NCBI RefSeq assembly: GCF_001194135.2
Contig: NC_068981.1
Coordinates: 87,723,745-87,787,744, forward strand
Length of the DNA stretch: 64,000 bases
DNA from: Octopus bimaculoides
Lineage: Eukaryota
Direction of reading: 5' to 3'
In this document: one piece after another, positions 36,200 to 50,100 of the stretch
How the letters are laid out: every line of letters starts with the position of its first letter
Position numbering within the stretch: the first letter of the stretch is position 1
Notes under the pieces: generated by a model
Databases searched by the model: none
What the model was told of the DNA's origin: nothing
The model's input: the letters and a program-made list of their open reading frames with translations, nothing else
Made by a program: the position numbers and the translations under genes

Positions 36200-36402
36200 A
36201 ATTAGATGCTCTAAAGTGATACCACATGTTTTGCTTGTTTATTCTCTATTTCTAATATGTGTGTGTGTGTGTGTGAGTGTATAGTCAATTCAATGAACAG
36301 ACAATTCAAAGAACAAATAAAAAAACGAAAGAAAAAAGAGAAAAATGAATATGAGGACATGCACAAGAATTATTAGTGTGATGCTCAGTAAAACGAGAAA
36401 GT

Positions 36403-36437
36403 TTTTAATGTTTCGAGCATAGCTCTTCGTCAGAAAG
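36403..36437 (-). ncRNA. minimal hammerhead-like motif (slightly decayed)
   Basis: Minus strand: cttt CTGACGA A GAGC tat GCTC GAAAC ATT aaaa; core intact, helix III ACAT instead of ACGT. Confidence 0.55.
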
Positions 36438-36486
36438 GAGAAAAAGGAAAGTCCAAAGAAAGAGAAGGAAAATCACCAGGGGCCCA

Positions 36487-36537
<51 letters not shown>

Positions 36538-38199
36538 ACTCTATGATGAACCACTTCTAGCCATCTTTGATAGGCTGCCTTAACAACTTTTCAGTTGCAG
36601 TTTTAGTGGTAAACCAAACTGACCACTTATAAGACATACCTATTACATTTACGTCATTAGACATTCATCTTGTCTGTCTGTCTGTCTGTCTGCATGTATG
36701 TATGATTTTTCTTTGAGCTTTATTTAAGTTCTTGAGAGAGTTCAAGCTGGTTGCTAATAAAGCAACAAGACTTTTTGGGTTAAGAAAGTTCCCAGTATTT
36801 CTAAATGTGATTGAGTTGGTGTGTTGGTTAAACTGTCAATGCATACATCTAAGTGTGCGCATCTATTCACATTAGAATCTCAGATAGAGAATTTATGGGA
36901 TGTCTTACAAATCTTCACTGTGCCACTAATAGATTGAATTTGTGCCTGTGTGTACATCTTTTGTCAATGTATATTCGCAAAGTGGGAAAACTAAAAAAAT
37001 TGGCGCTTTATAGATGAAGCTCCTTGAAGTATCTGTTCTGCATTGAGTTGTAATCACCATCACAAATGCATATTGGATGTTATCTGAAAAGCGACTTTCT
37101 TAATTTGTTGGGGAAAAGTAGGAACTCAATATGATGTACACATTCTTTCAAAATGTATAATAGGGTCTTCAAAAGATTGACAGAGTATTTTTGATATACT
37201 AGATGTACAAGAACAATTAACTGTTAAAGCATTTACGATATTCGTAAACTTACCAGATGACTTTGTTGATTTTAATTTTGTAATAAAAGAGATCTAGTTG
37301 AAGTTTACATGAATAAATATAGTAGCTTGCCGAAGAAACCAAGTGGATATGTTTGGTAGCTGTATCTCTATAAGCATCAACACCATGCTGTCTATCACCA
37401 AAAAAAAAAAAAAAAGAAAAAATGTGAACTATATGAAGACTAAAATAAAAATAAGATATTTAGTATGAGGAGGTGAGCCAGCACCTATCCCTGGGCTGGT
37501 GAGGTCAATGTCAATGTTCTGATAAGACTTCTGCTAGTTGATGAGAAGGTTGTTTCTAAAGAGTTGCAATTTTATGTGAGAAAGATTGTATGAAGTTTTT
37601 AAAGTAAGCTAAGGATATGGAAGTGGAGGTTTCTTTTTGAAGAAGTAGTCTAATTTCAATGAAAAGTTTCTAGATTCCTTTTAGATGACAATTATATGGG
37701 TAAGGTTGAGGAGGATAGAAACCAGAGATGGCATCATTCACATGAGTATGAGTGATTAACATAAAATGAATTAGGATGGGTATCAGAAACGTTGGATATG
37801 TCAAACAAAATGTTGAATATTTAGTAATATGATTATTTTATTGCGCAGAGAATCTTTTGGATTTATCTCGGCACAAAAAGTTGAGTTGAAGAATTAATGG
37901 TAGCTGGTAGTCAGATGCAGATACATGTCAGTATTTTCCCATACATTTATATTTAGCGAGTTTAACATAAGATAGAAGAAACCGACATTATTATCAAACT
38001 ACGAAGCCCACTAAGGCTTATTTGTGCGATTGGAATTACATCCGTTAACAATCACGTTATTGATAATGCAATTAGTCATCTTAACTAGAATCAACTCATA
38101 CGTGACAATGACAATTAGCATTAAATAATGAATGATTACGTTTTATTATAAGTAATTTAATACAATTTTTTAAAAAGTGCATAATTAATTTTATTAAAT

Positions 38200-38466
38200 A
38201 CTTCTTTTTTATTATTATTATAAATGACTTCGGCAATATCAAACAGTTGTGTTGCGCGTTGATGTAGCGCAGTATTTACAACGACACTCGGTGTTCCGTT
38301 AACAAATGCCAAGCCCGATTTTAACTGTATTTGAAGCAAAGCGTACGATTGGTTGTTACTAAAGGGTGAGAGGTCGAGGTTAAACTAGCAGTAGCTCAGT
38401 GATTACATCCTGTTTTTTTTTTTAAAGTCTTCTATCTTGGGGTTTCTACTTTGTATTTAATGAAAC
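38200..38466 (+). promoter_or_regulatory. probable KDM6A promoter / 5' UTR
   Basis: Unique sequence visibly richer in CpG than the rest of the window, immediately upstream of the ATG; reverse CCAAT box (ATTGG) at 38348-38352. Confidence 0.6.
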
Positions 38467-38549
38467 ATGGGGACAGAAACGCTCACCGAAAGCACGGCTG
38501 ACCAGGTTTTGACGGCAGAAGAGCGTCAAAACCTTTTAGAAATTGATAG
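38467..38549 (+). CDS. KDM6A: KDM6A coding exon 1
   Basis: ATG in aacATGG context; LTAEERQNLLEID motif; donor AG|gtttgt, phase 2. Confidence 0.88.
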
Positions 38550-41198
38550 GTTTGTTATTATTTTCAACTTTGTGATATTATTCTGTTGAGGTTTTCATGT
38601 AATGATGCTATTTACTCAAACACGCAATAAGGTTTATCAGTCTATCTGTCCTTTTCTGCGTCTCTTAGGTCAGTATGCTCTGTGTGTCATGTGGTTCGGC
38701 CCACGATATCTACCTTGCTCTGGATACCTTCACGTTTTGAATGTTTCTCTCTGTCACCTGCTTTTGTCGCTTCCTCTTATAAGTTTAACGGTTCAGATAA
38801 AGAGCAAGGTGTTTTATTATATTTTTTCAGTTGCCTGTTTGGATTCATTCAGCTGGATGACGGTGACCAACCGAAGAGACGTCTTCTTGAGAAGGTAGGT
38901 TGTGCAGTTGTGTGCTAGGTGCTGGGATGCTTTCTACGTCTTACATTTTTAATAATTTCACCTTATGGAATATGATAAGTTCCAATCTTCTTTCGGAAAG
39001 GTCCAACATGTTTGTGGCGACACACTAAACAAAACTGTCAGTGAATAAAACTATAGGCGGCAATTATAACGATTACTTTTCCGATCTTGTAAGTTTTCTT
39101 ACTGGCGAAATGCCATGCTAGAGTGTTAGGGAGCATTTATTATTTGTTGACAGGGAGGCGCCATTCTAAAATAGCAAAAACGTAAACACATCGTTTTGAA
39201 ACCTTCATATATTTCATCTTTCAGTCTCCATCTGTCTCTTAAATTTCAACCCTACTCAGTTGTCTTACTGGCCAATTTCTCTTTAAAGCTGAATTCGTTC
39301 GATCGCCTGCTATTGTCACACTGTAAACACAAAGGTTAGCATTTTTGGTCAGAAATTTCTATTTTCTTGATCATATTTGTTTAAACTATCCACCCACCCC
39401 CGCCTACACAAATGGTCGAGAATTTAATTGCGCCTTATTTAAAAAAAAGTTGTACTGTCTTTAGTTTCCCTCCTTTCTTGTTATCTTTGTCTTTAACTGA
39501 ATAAATTACACGCGAAGCGAAACTTTGGGGTTTATATTCAGATTTAATTAAGATTCTTCAGTGTTTAAATTCGTAGTATGCTTGCACAATATTATGTTTA
39601 AAAAGAGTATCGTTAATTTTTCGAAATTTAAGTGCGAATAAACTCAGCAAATTAAAAGTGCTCATATTTCTAAATTATTATTACAGAGTTGTCACACCAG
39701 TTGAAATTGTTTTTGTCAAGCTTTTTTGTACTGCTTATTAATTTCAATTTAAATGAGAAATAATTTAGTTATATTATACAAACTTATATTTTAAGTGATT
39801 CCTTATGTAGTTTAGAATTGAGAACCCGTTTAAATTGAAGCTTAACACTAAATTAACAAAGGATGCATTATATATATTATCGATATATTTTTTTAAACTG
39901 CAGTCACTGTTGACAGGTTCTAGACCGAAATCAGATGGAAAAACCTTTTGTGCCCCCACTTTTTTCTTTAAAAATAATAATAAATCCCCAGTTATTTTAA
40001 ATTTTCATGTCTCTAGTATTTAATATATCTGTTAAATAACTGGCTTATTGCATTTATATGGGTGGAAATGATCAATCTTGGAATTGATGATGAATAATCC
40101 AAACTAATAAGCAGGTGACAAAGTGTGACGGAATATTGGAAATGGTTAAGGAACAAACTTGAGGATATTCGCGTAGGATTTTTCTTTTTTTCTTCTTTCT
40201 TTTACGTCACCTGTTATCGAATTCGTATCTGTTGAATTCGTATATGATTGAAAATTTTTATTGATAATGATATTAGCTATTCTAAGCTCTAATTTAAAAT
40301 ATTGGAGCAATCTTCTTGTCACAGTTATTGTTTGAAATTCCTGTTTTTACATGTAAACCGAAAAATACAGAGGCCCATCTTTTGCAAAACTAGATATAAA
40401 AAGTTTTTAATCTCAGAATCTGTACAACAATATAAAAGAAGTTCTTGTTTATATATTGTTGAAAATAAAGGCATGCGTGGTTGGGGGGGGGGGTGTCTCT
40501 TCTTTCTTTTGAATTTATTGATTTCGGAATTGTTGAATAGTATGTTATGTAATCTTCGTTGTAAGATAGGCGCAAATAAGGTCCTTTCCGTGTTAGCAGA
40601 ACTCAGATGTCTTAACCTTATACTAACTGGATTTTTGAGACACGTTGGCTAAACTAATTAAAATCATAATGTTTGAACAAGGTTGGGGATTTCTGAAACT
40701 GTATTATTAAATATTATAATTTCCTTTATTTTAGATTTTTCATTTGTTATTGAGCGTAAATCCAGCAACAATTTCGAATAAAATTCAAAAGAAATATTGT
40801 CGAAATAATGGCCCTCTGAGCATTTAGTGAGAATATATGGTAGTTAAATGAATAGGGATAAATAAGCGAGGGTCATTAATAAGAAGCAGGACCACACTGA
40901 GGAAATCTTGAAACTACTCCAATGATGACTTTTCATATTTACCACGGTGTTTAGATTTAAGATCGAAACGTTATTGAATGGTCGCTCGACTTGTTAGCAA
41001 TAATAGCTAAGCTTCCCTTGATGTTGCACTATATCATCTTAAAATTGGAGGAAGCATTGGATAATGTAGTTAGTCCTGTGTAGATTGCCTGAAAATAGAT
41101 GGGATGGTCATGGCTAAACCCTCTGGTCATACGTCAGCTCGATCTATATTTTTAACATTTTTTCCCTGATAATCTATACTTAAACATTCTTTGTATTG

Positions 41199-41242
<44 letters not shown>

Positions 41243-44200
41243 CCACTTGAAATTCTGTTATAAAATAAAGTAAACCATTTCCCATTTCAGGGTATTATAT
41301 ATTATCAACAGAAAATCCAAGAACATGCAATTCTGCTTACGAAAGATTCATCAAAAGGCAAGGATCCCGCTATTGCTAATATTTACCGTGAATTGGGTCA
41401 TGTACATTTACTTCTTGAACAATATAGTAAAGGTAGGTCATATTTGCATAAAATTCCTAGAATAACATATTTTTTGCAATATTTTAAATACTTAGAGAAA
41501 ACGTATCTTAGTTTGTTGAAGTTTACTTAACTGGACAATATCCTTCCAGAAAAGTTTTTGATAAAAGTACAATTCTGAAGAATAGATGCATGTTTCGATT
41601 TTTCAGAACCATTTGATCTATTACTAATCTTATAAGTTATTGAAAGAGTTTTCTAACTTAATGATAGTTGATTTTAAAATTTGTAAGGTATTGTAATTAG
41701 CAATTTAAAAGAGTAAAAAAAATCTATGATTATTTTTAAGTTCATTTAGTATTAAATACTGCAAATATTTGAATTTTATATAATTTCTTCTTGTTAGCAT
41801 GAGTTGGTTCTGAATTTTTTGTTTATGTATGTATGGGCTATTGTAGCAGATATACTTAAGCAACGTTTGGCTTGATTTTTCTTATCCATATTTTAACTCT
41901 TGGGTTTTGGGGCTGGTTGTCTACTTTTTCAACTCTCATAAATTTCTTATATGCTTGTTATTTTTCAACTTTTTGTATACTCAGGTATACTGAAATCTTT
42001 CAACCTATCAGTTAAAATGGAATTGATGCTTTTTGTTATGTACAAGGGTGTTAGTGATATCAGTGTATCAACCCCCAATGTAAAATAGAGATGAGTGATG
42101 CACTTACAGTTTATAACTGATTGTAAATTTCATAACTATTGAATAACAAGCATCACAGAATTTTTCTGTACAAGAAGTGTGTTTTAGGCAAGTCAGTCTT
42201 ATAGTGGCAATAGTGTTGATCAGTCAAGGTCAGGGTCTAGAAGAAAAATTTGCAAAGCAGAACGAGGTGACTTTGCTCTTGGAAGGGAATGAGATTTTTT
42301 TTCTCACTATCAGAAATTCTTTGGGCCTCGTACTGATGTACTGGTTTATTCCACCTCTCATAGGCCCTGCAAGCAGTACTTATTTGGATCTAGATGGACT
42401 GGTCTGATTCAGCCCTGGTGGTGGGGTATGAGTAACTAAGCTGGTAATGTGGTGCTCTAACAACTAAACCAAATGTGCTTCAGTACTTTATTCTGTGTAA
42501 GAGTATAAGACTTAATGTTTTTTTAATGTTTATATGTATATATATTACTCAATCAGAAATGATTGACTATTTTGTTTTATTTCAGCTCTATCAGCTTATC
42601 AGAAATATTATTATTCTAATCAGGAAACCTGGAAGGTAATTTTATTTTTGTTATAGTGTGCAATGATAATTTTAAAAAAAAATCTTAATGTGAATATTGT
42701 CATTTGATTGAATGTCCATGAGTCAGTATCCTGTTAATCAGAAAATATTAGTCTTGCATAGTATTAGTTTTATAATGGTGACAGATAAATCTTCTGCATT
42801 AGATACCATCAAAAAAAGAAAAGAAAAATGGCAGCTTTAAAACCCAATGAAATGCTTGCAATAGATTTCAATAAGACCATTACTTCAAAACTTTATCCAC
42901 TCCTTTATTACATTTAAATATTGGTTTTTAGTTATTGAAAATGTATTATAGCAGTTGCTACTCTTTTTATGGTGACTATTCAGGCTGATCAATGAAGACT
43001 ACTAAACAAAATTGGGTTTCCTTTTCACAACCGAGAAATATTTCAAATAGGTGTTAAGGGTACACTGTCATGTATGCACATTCTAACTTAGCCATGAAAA
43101 AAACTACCTCTCTCCTCTTGGTATGCAAGCCTTCACTGATCAGTGAACTCTCTCCAATGTAGTGTTTTGACATTCAACAATGATCTTGACTACTCTGAAT
43201 GTGTGATATTTGTCATGTCTTTGCTTAGATTTGCTTACTGCATCACTACTTCTTTAGTACCTTCATTGTCTCTAATGGCCCTCAGTGAGTGCACCTAGCT
43301 GTTAGCTATAGTCATTGGATCTTGTCAAAGAGTGATGCATTAGTGTAGAGAACTAATATTTGTTTTTCCTCACCTTTGTTATTTATTACTCAGAGAAGTG
43401 CAAATATGTCATTTGCTAGACTACTAGTACATCTAAACCTTCATTCACACATTCTAGATTTCATTAAATAATAATACAAAAAAAAAAAATCAGTAATTGA
43501 CCATATAGAAATTCAGGTGAATCACACATTGGAATAGAATTCACACATTCTGTAATACTACTACTACTACAGATATATATATATTTGTACTCGCATCCTA
43601 GACTGCATTAAAAAGAAAGCTATTGAATTAGCGATGATTCATTCACTAACATGCTTCAATATCTGCTTACAGACATGCATGTTTTCTCTTAGAGCAGTTT
43701 CTGCTCTTAGGGACTAGCTATCTCCATATCCTCTCCATCCTTAATGTATTTTATTCCCAGATCCTGTTCTAAAATTTCATTCTGTCTTTTCTTTTTAGAA
43801 CTGTAGCCTTCATGCCCACATTTTTACTTCAGATTTTGGCATCAACCATTTCAGTCTTCTCAGTCTTGGATTGTTTGCAAAAGTTTTAAGCCTTAATCCT
43901 CTTACTTAGATTACCTTATTTTTAAAAATGTTTCTGTCTTAAGCTATAGATTACACAGGGAATATGGCTATTTATAGTTTTGTTGATATAGAAATGTCTT
44001 AGGTTTTCATTTCTACCTCTCATGAAAAGGCAATATACAAAATTCAAAAAAGCAACTGAAGTAGTATTGTGTAGTGTTCATGTGTGTATCACTTTAATAT
44101 TTGCTCTCACAAGTTGATTTGATTTCCGAAACAGAATCTTCCCTTGTGTTGCTTCCAGTATTCTTAGAGCTCAGCTTGTTACTTTCTCCCAAGCTCTTTT

Positions 44201-47165
44201 TAGCCTACTTAGGTATGTGAATATGTAGATTAAAAAGATCCCGATGTTTGGTTTGTCACTTAAAATAAGGAGTTTTTTTTTTTTTTTGAAACTATCATTT
44301 AATGTCTGTTTTTCCATATTTGCAGGGTTTGAATGGATCTCACACGGTTTCCTTACTCCATTGCAATCCCTACATATAAAAATGAATTATAAGTTAGGCT
44401 ACCAAGTCTATATTTAAGGATTTAGTCAAACATTTGTTCATGTTATAACAGATATGTGTGCTAATAGTATTGTGTTCATTTCCACAAAGTGGTTAGTTGG
44501 ATATGTTCATTGGTGTTTGTACATGCTATCAAATTGAAGATGGCATTCACTTCTGATAATTTATTGAGAACATGGATTTCTAAATCTTTGAGTATAACAA
44601 TTTTTAAAACATTGTAGACACTTTAGCCTTCATGGTCTAATTTTTAATCTACCCTTTTGTAAAGAGTTTTGGAGAAACATGGCAGTCGTCTAACATGGTT
44701 TTTTCAACCCTACAGAAAGTTGCTAACACATTCATCATTATCATCATCATCATCATTTAACCCTTTCATTACCATATTTCTGTTGAAATAATGCTTTTTT
44801 TTTTTTTAATTTTGAAAATAGTAAAAAATATTAAAATAACTGACATTATTCAGCTGGGGTTTGGAACATAAATTAACATGAAATTTTAATGGAAATTTTA
44901 ATTTAGATTACTTTAAAATGAGAAGTTTGTATCATAGGACCAAGGGCGTTTTCAGGCAGGTTGGTATCTAAAGGGTTAATGTCTGCTTTCCATGTTAGTT
45001 TGGGTTGGATGGTCTGATAGGAGCTGGCAAGCACTAGCACTGGTGAGGTCACCAAGTAACTTGCAAAACAAAAATCCCTGAACTGAGAGAAAGAGGTGGC
45101 TTTGTGTATTATATATACACACACAGGTGTCTTGTAATAGGAGAGACACATGACTTTCTGGCATTATATAAGGGTAGATTGGAGTAGCTGGGGAGAAGAT
45201 AAAGATGATAGTTTTGGGATACCAGAGTGAACTCTCAAGGTGCAAGAAAGTGAGCATAAGAAAGAAAACAAACAGTGGATCAGCTGTTGAATTGTGTGAG
45301 AGAAGAATTGCACATCTCCACATATTTCATCCCCACCCCTTTTTGTGCTATCACTTATTCTCTCTGGAATCATTTTCTTTGTCTCCCACATTCTCAGTAT
45401 CATCCCTTAATCACTTTATTTTCCACTGAACACCCCTTTCACCTCCCCTTTTCCTCTATACATCCTTTCATTCTACCAATGACACTCCTACTACCTTACT
45501 ATGTTGTAAGTTACACACTTTGTCCTATATTGAAATCAAAAGAAATTTTAATAAGCTAACAGTCACCATACAACTTGTGGTTTAGCAATTTAAGTTGCTA
45601 AAAGTTGTAATAAAAATTCAATAAAGTTAGGAAAAGAGCTAGTAAAACATGGACGATGATTATTTCATGGCAAAGCAATGCTTCTTACATAAGTTGTAAC
45701 ATATACAGAACAAACTTAGCTAACCTTACTGTCCTAATACCTATAAGTTGTTTACATTGTTGTGTGGAGATGAACAAATGAATTATCAAACTAGCTACAC
45801 CACAAATGACAATCGTCACCATCATCCTTTAATGTCTGTTTTCCATGCTGGCATGGGTTGAACTGCTTGACCAGAGCTGGGAAGCTGCACCAGGTTCCAG
45901 TCTGATTTGGCCTGGTTTCTATAGTTGGATGCCCTTCCTAATGCTAACCACTTTACAGTGTGTGCTGAGTGCTTTCAACATGTCACTAGCATGAGTGCTC
46001 TTATATGGTACCAGCATGAGTGCTTTTTACATAGCATGGCACAGGACTTTTGCAGATGGATCCTCTTCACCAGGGGATGCAGCTTTAATATTTCTGCCAT
46101 GGAGGATGAGTTAGTTTAAAAAAAAAAAAGTGTGTGTAATCGTGAGGATAAATGTACTGCAGCCATGCAGATTTAATGTCCTTGACCTTCAGTATAATTC
46201 AGAGGGTAAGAAAATGAAAGCAATATATATAATTCCCAGATAATGTGCAAAAGAATATTGTTTTTTTTTTCTACTGAATACTCTTTTACTTGTTTCAGTC
46301 ATTTGACTGTGGCCATGCTGGAGCACCGCCTTTAGTCGAGCAAATCGATCCCAGGACTTATTCTTTGTAAGCCTAGTACTTATTCTATTGGTCATTTTTG
46401 CCGAACCGCTAAGTTACGAGGACATAAACACACCAGCATCGGCTGTCAAGCAATGTTGGACACACACATACATATATATATACATATATATGACGGGCTT
46501 CTTTCAGTTTCCGTCTACCAAATCCACTCACAAGGCTTTGGTTGGCCTGAGGCTATAGTAGAAGACACTTGCCCAAGGTGCCACGCAGTGGGTCTGAACC
46601 CGGAACCATGTGGTTCGTAAGCAAGCTACTTACCACACAGCCACTCCTACGCCTGATTACAAAATTTGGCACTGTCATGGTATTAGCTGTCAGAATTGAA
46701 AGTAGAACTGACAAGGAACGTTACTGCTGGTTTGAGTTGATTCTTTGGCTACTGACAACTAATACCATGACTGGCCGGAGCTAACTATCTGTCTGTCTGT
46801 CTATCTCACTATCTCTCTCTCTATATATATCTATCTATCTATCACTCGTTCACCTCTGTTTGTGTCCGTAGAATCTATCAAATTAGAAAACGCAAATTTA
46901 ATATAAAAATATATTTTCTGAAATTGCAAATTATTTAAAATATAAAAATATAATTTTCAACAGAGAGAATTTATCAAAATAGAAAACAAATGAAGTTTGA
47001 AGTTTAAAAATAATAGGATCGACCACTCACAACTAGCTAGCGCGGACGCGCGACTGCGCGTTCGGGACCACTCTGCTTCAGTAGTACCCTTATACTCTGT
47101 GTGTTTTTAAACACATGGATATAGGTGTCAAATTTGTTCCAATAACTTTCGAGTGATAGATAGAT

Positions 47166-47198
<33 letters not shown>

Positions 47199-50100
47199 TA
47201 GCTCGCTTCAGCCAGTCATGGTATTAGCTGTCAGTAGCCAAAGAATCAACTCAAACCAGCAGTAACGTTCCTTGTCAGATTTTTCTACTTTCACTTCTGA
47301 CAGCTAATACCATGACAGTGCCCAAAATTTTAATATTGAACTTCCTTTGAGATACCAGTGTGAGTTTTCAAGCATGAAAACTCTACACACTCTAATTCAC
47401 AACATATATTTATGCCACCACACAAGCCATGGAAGAAAATTTTATATGGTAATTGGACCTGCAAGAAATAACAGCCATATCACTTTCAAATCATATCCTA
47501 TTGTTTTGAAAAGGAAAAGGCAATTCAGTGTTTCTTTCAACCAATAAATGGTAAAACATTAATTACACAGCTTTTTACTCATTTTACCTCATAATTTATT
47601 AATCTTAAGAGATGACAGTAAATGGGAAAATAGCTCCTTACAACACATGTATAACATATCTCTTCTTTTATTTTTTCCTGTTACTTGTTTCAGTCATTAG
47701 GCTGTGGCCATGCTTGTGCTCTAACTTGAAGAAATTTTAGTTTTTTTTTTTAAACCTGCTACTTATTCTCTTGATCTTTTTTGCTGAACCGCTAAACTAT
47801 GGAGACATAAACAAACCAACTCCAGTTGTCAAGCAGTTATTGGGGATAAACAAAGACATGCGCACGCGATGGGCTTCTTTGGGTTTCTGTCTACCAAATC
47901 CACTTGCAAGGCTTTGATCAACTCAAGCAGTAAACACTTGCCCAAAGTGCCATACAGTGGGACTAAACCTGGAACCATGTGGTTGGGAAGCAAACTTTTT
48001 ACCATGCAGTCACAGCATACTCTCAGGTTATGGTCACAAGCTGAAAGTGGAAAAATTTACACTATTCAGTATGTTCAGATAGATGTATCTAATAGATCCC
48101 TGCCATTCTTGATTTCACTTTCACTTTTTGATCATAAGGCAAAAGAACATACATATATAATTGAAGAACAGGAAATAAAGGCAACTAGAAATAAAGAGAA
48201 AAAAAATCAAAATGAAAAGGTATTGCAAAAAGTGATAAAATTAGAATATTTGAGGTATTTATGAAAAAAAAAACCCCATCCAAAAACAAGCATTAATAAT
48301 TTAAAAAATTAAACAGCCTTCCTTAATGCTTTTAACTATGGATATTAAAACAAGGTAGTTGGTTGTGTGACTTAAATAGCTTCTTTATATTTAAAAGATA
48401 TCTAACATTATTACAGCACACTGTTAATTTTGTCTTCAATCAAATACAAACTGATAATTTAAGATATATGCAAAAATACAACCAAACTAAGAACATTGCA
48501 ATACAAACAAAATTCATTAAAAAAAAAAAACCATCATTTGATATGGTTAGCAAAGTGTATGCACACTTGAACTTGATGCCTTTAAACTATAGTAAGAATA
48601 AAATTACATCAGCAGAGGTTGAGTGAGCAATTATCTGTTAATGGAAGCATAACTAAATCTAAAAACACAGGGAAGACCACCAATGGTTAAAAGAAGATTT
48701 CTATTTTAGTTGTACAGTACTGAGGAATGTCTGAATTGGAACAAAAGCTATGGTAACAAAAATATGAAGGAGCAGATTTAAATACAGATATAAAATAAAA
48801 AACAATATGTTTCAAAATAAAGTGTACTATACTGTCTTCCCCTTGTGATTGAAATGCATAACCAAAAGGATGATAAAAATGTGAAAAAAGACCTGTGACT
48901 TGGACCTTTTCCTTGTTAACATTTTGGAGGAGATAAAAGAGAAAAGCAAAAATTAACCCTTTACTATTCAGATTACTCTGTCAAATGAAATGCTTATTTA
49001 CTAGCATCCTGTATTATCTTGTAGCTTTGAGATTTCAATGGTATCACTGTTTATATCTAGAATGACATTGTAGGGTAAGTGTGAGAGACTGGATCTCACC
49101 AGTGAATATAAAATATGTAGAATATTTGGGCCTGATATGGCTGTTTTAAATGCTAAAGGGTTAATGATATTTAGAATATACCACCCAAAAGAAAATTCCG
49201 ACTGATTTTATCACAAGTGACAGAACCTTTCATGTCCGTTTTGTATGCTGGCATGGATTGGATGTTTCATTATGGTCTGAGTCAGTTCTTAGTTGAACAA
49301 TGGTAAGATGGCTTGAGGAAGTGGGAGTGTTCACTAACAGTAAAGAGTGATGGTGCGGGATGATCAAGTACTGCCACTCTTTGTTAAGCCAGCCGCATAA
49401 TACAGGGAATAGAAGGAAGAGGGAGTGAGTTTCAACCTCACCTACAAACATGTAGCTACCATCACTATCCTCCATTATGCCATGTCAATTCTATCTCTTT
49501 TATTACTCCTTCCTCCACCACCTTTTCATCCCAATCACTTTACTTCTATCATACATTGTCTTATTTTAACTACTCATCCAAATTTATTTTCTTTCTCAGA
49601 AGAGTTGTGAGGACTCCTACTTTATGGGCACGTGGTGACTTCACCAGTGCTGGTACCAGGATAATAACACTCTGTAAAGTGATTGGCATATGAGTGGTGA
49701 CAATGTAGGGCTGAGAGAACCCCTTAAGCATGACAACCTTTTTAGTGTTGGTACCAATGCACCCTGTAAACTCAGATGGCATTAGGAAGAGCATCCAACC
49801 ATATAAACCTTAACTAAAATGTATGAAAGGGATGTGGTCCTCTCACCCAATTAGGTGTACAGTAATTCTAAATAGAGAATGATGATGAGGAAAGAACAGA
49901 AAAATACAAATAATTTTGTTTTTTTCAGAAGGTTGACATAAAAGTAAGAATCAAAAATAAGTGCAAATTATAAAAAAAAAAAACCCAACAATGAGGAGTA
50001 GTAGTGGAACACCTTTGAATTGTTAATGTATTTTAAGTAGAAATAGCCATCACATCATTATCAAGTTTCACACCATTGGTTCTAAGGCTCAGGTTAAAAA

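Noticed and set aside
36700-37400. Possible decayed LINE endonuclease on the minus strand (GDYN-like motif)
   Set aside because: Too many stops and too little motif support to call by eye.
38157-38339. Minus-strand 60-aa ORF in the KDM6A promoter, as a divergent gene
   Set aside because: TTG start, no recognisable homology, no supporting exon structure.
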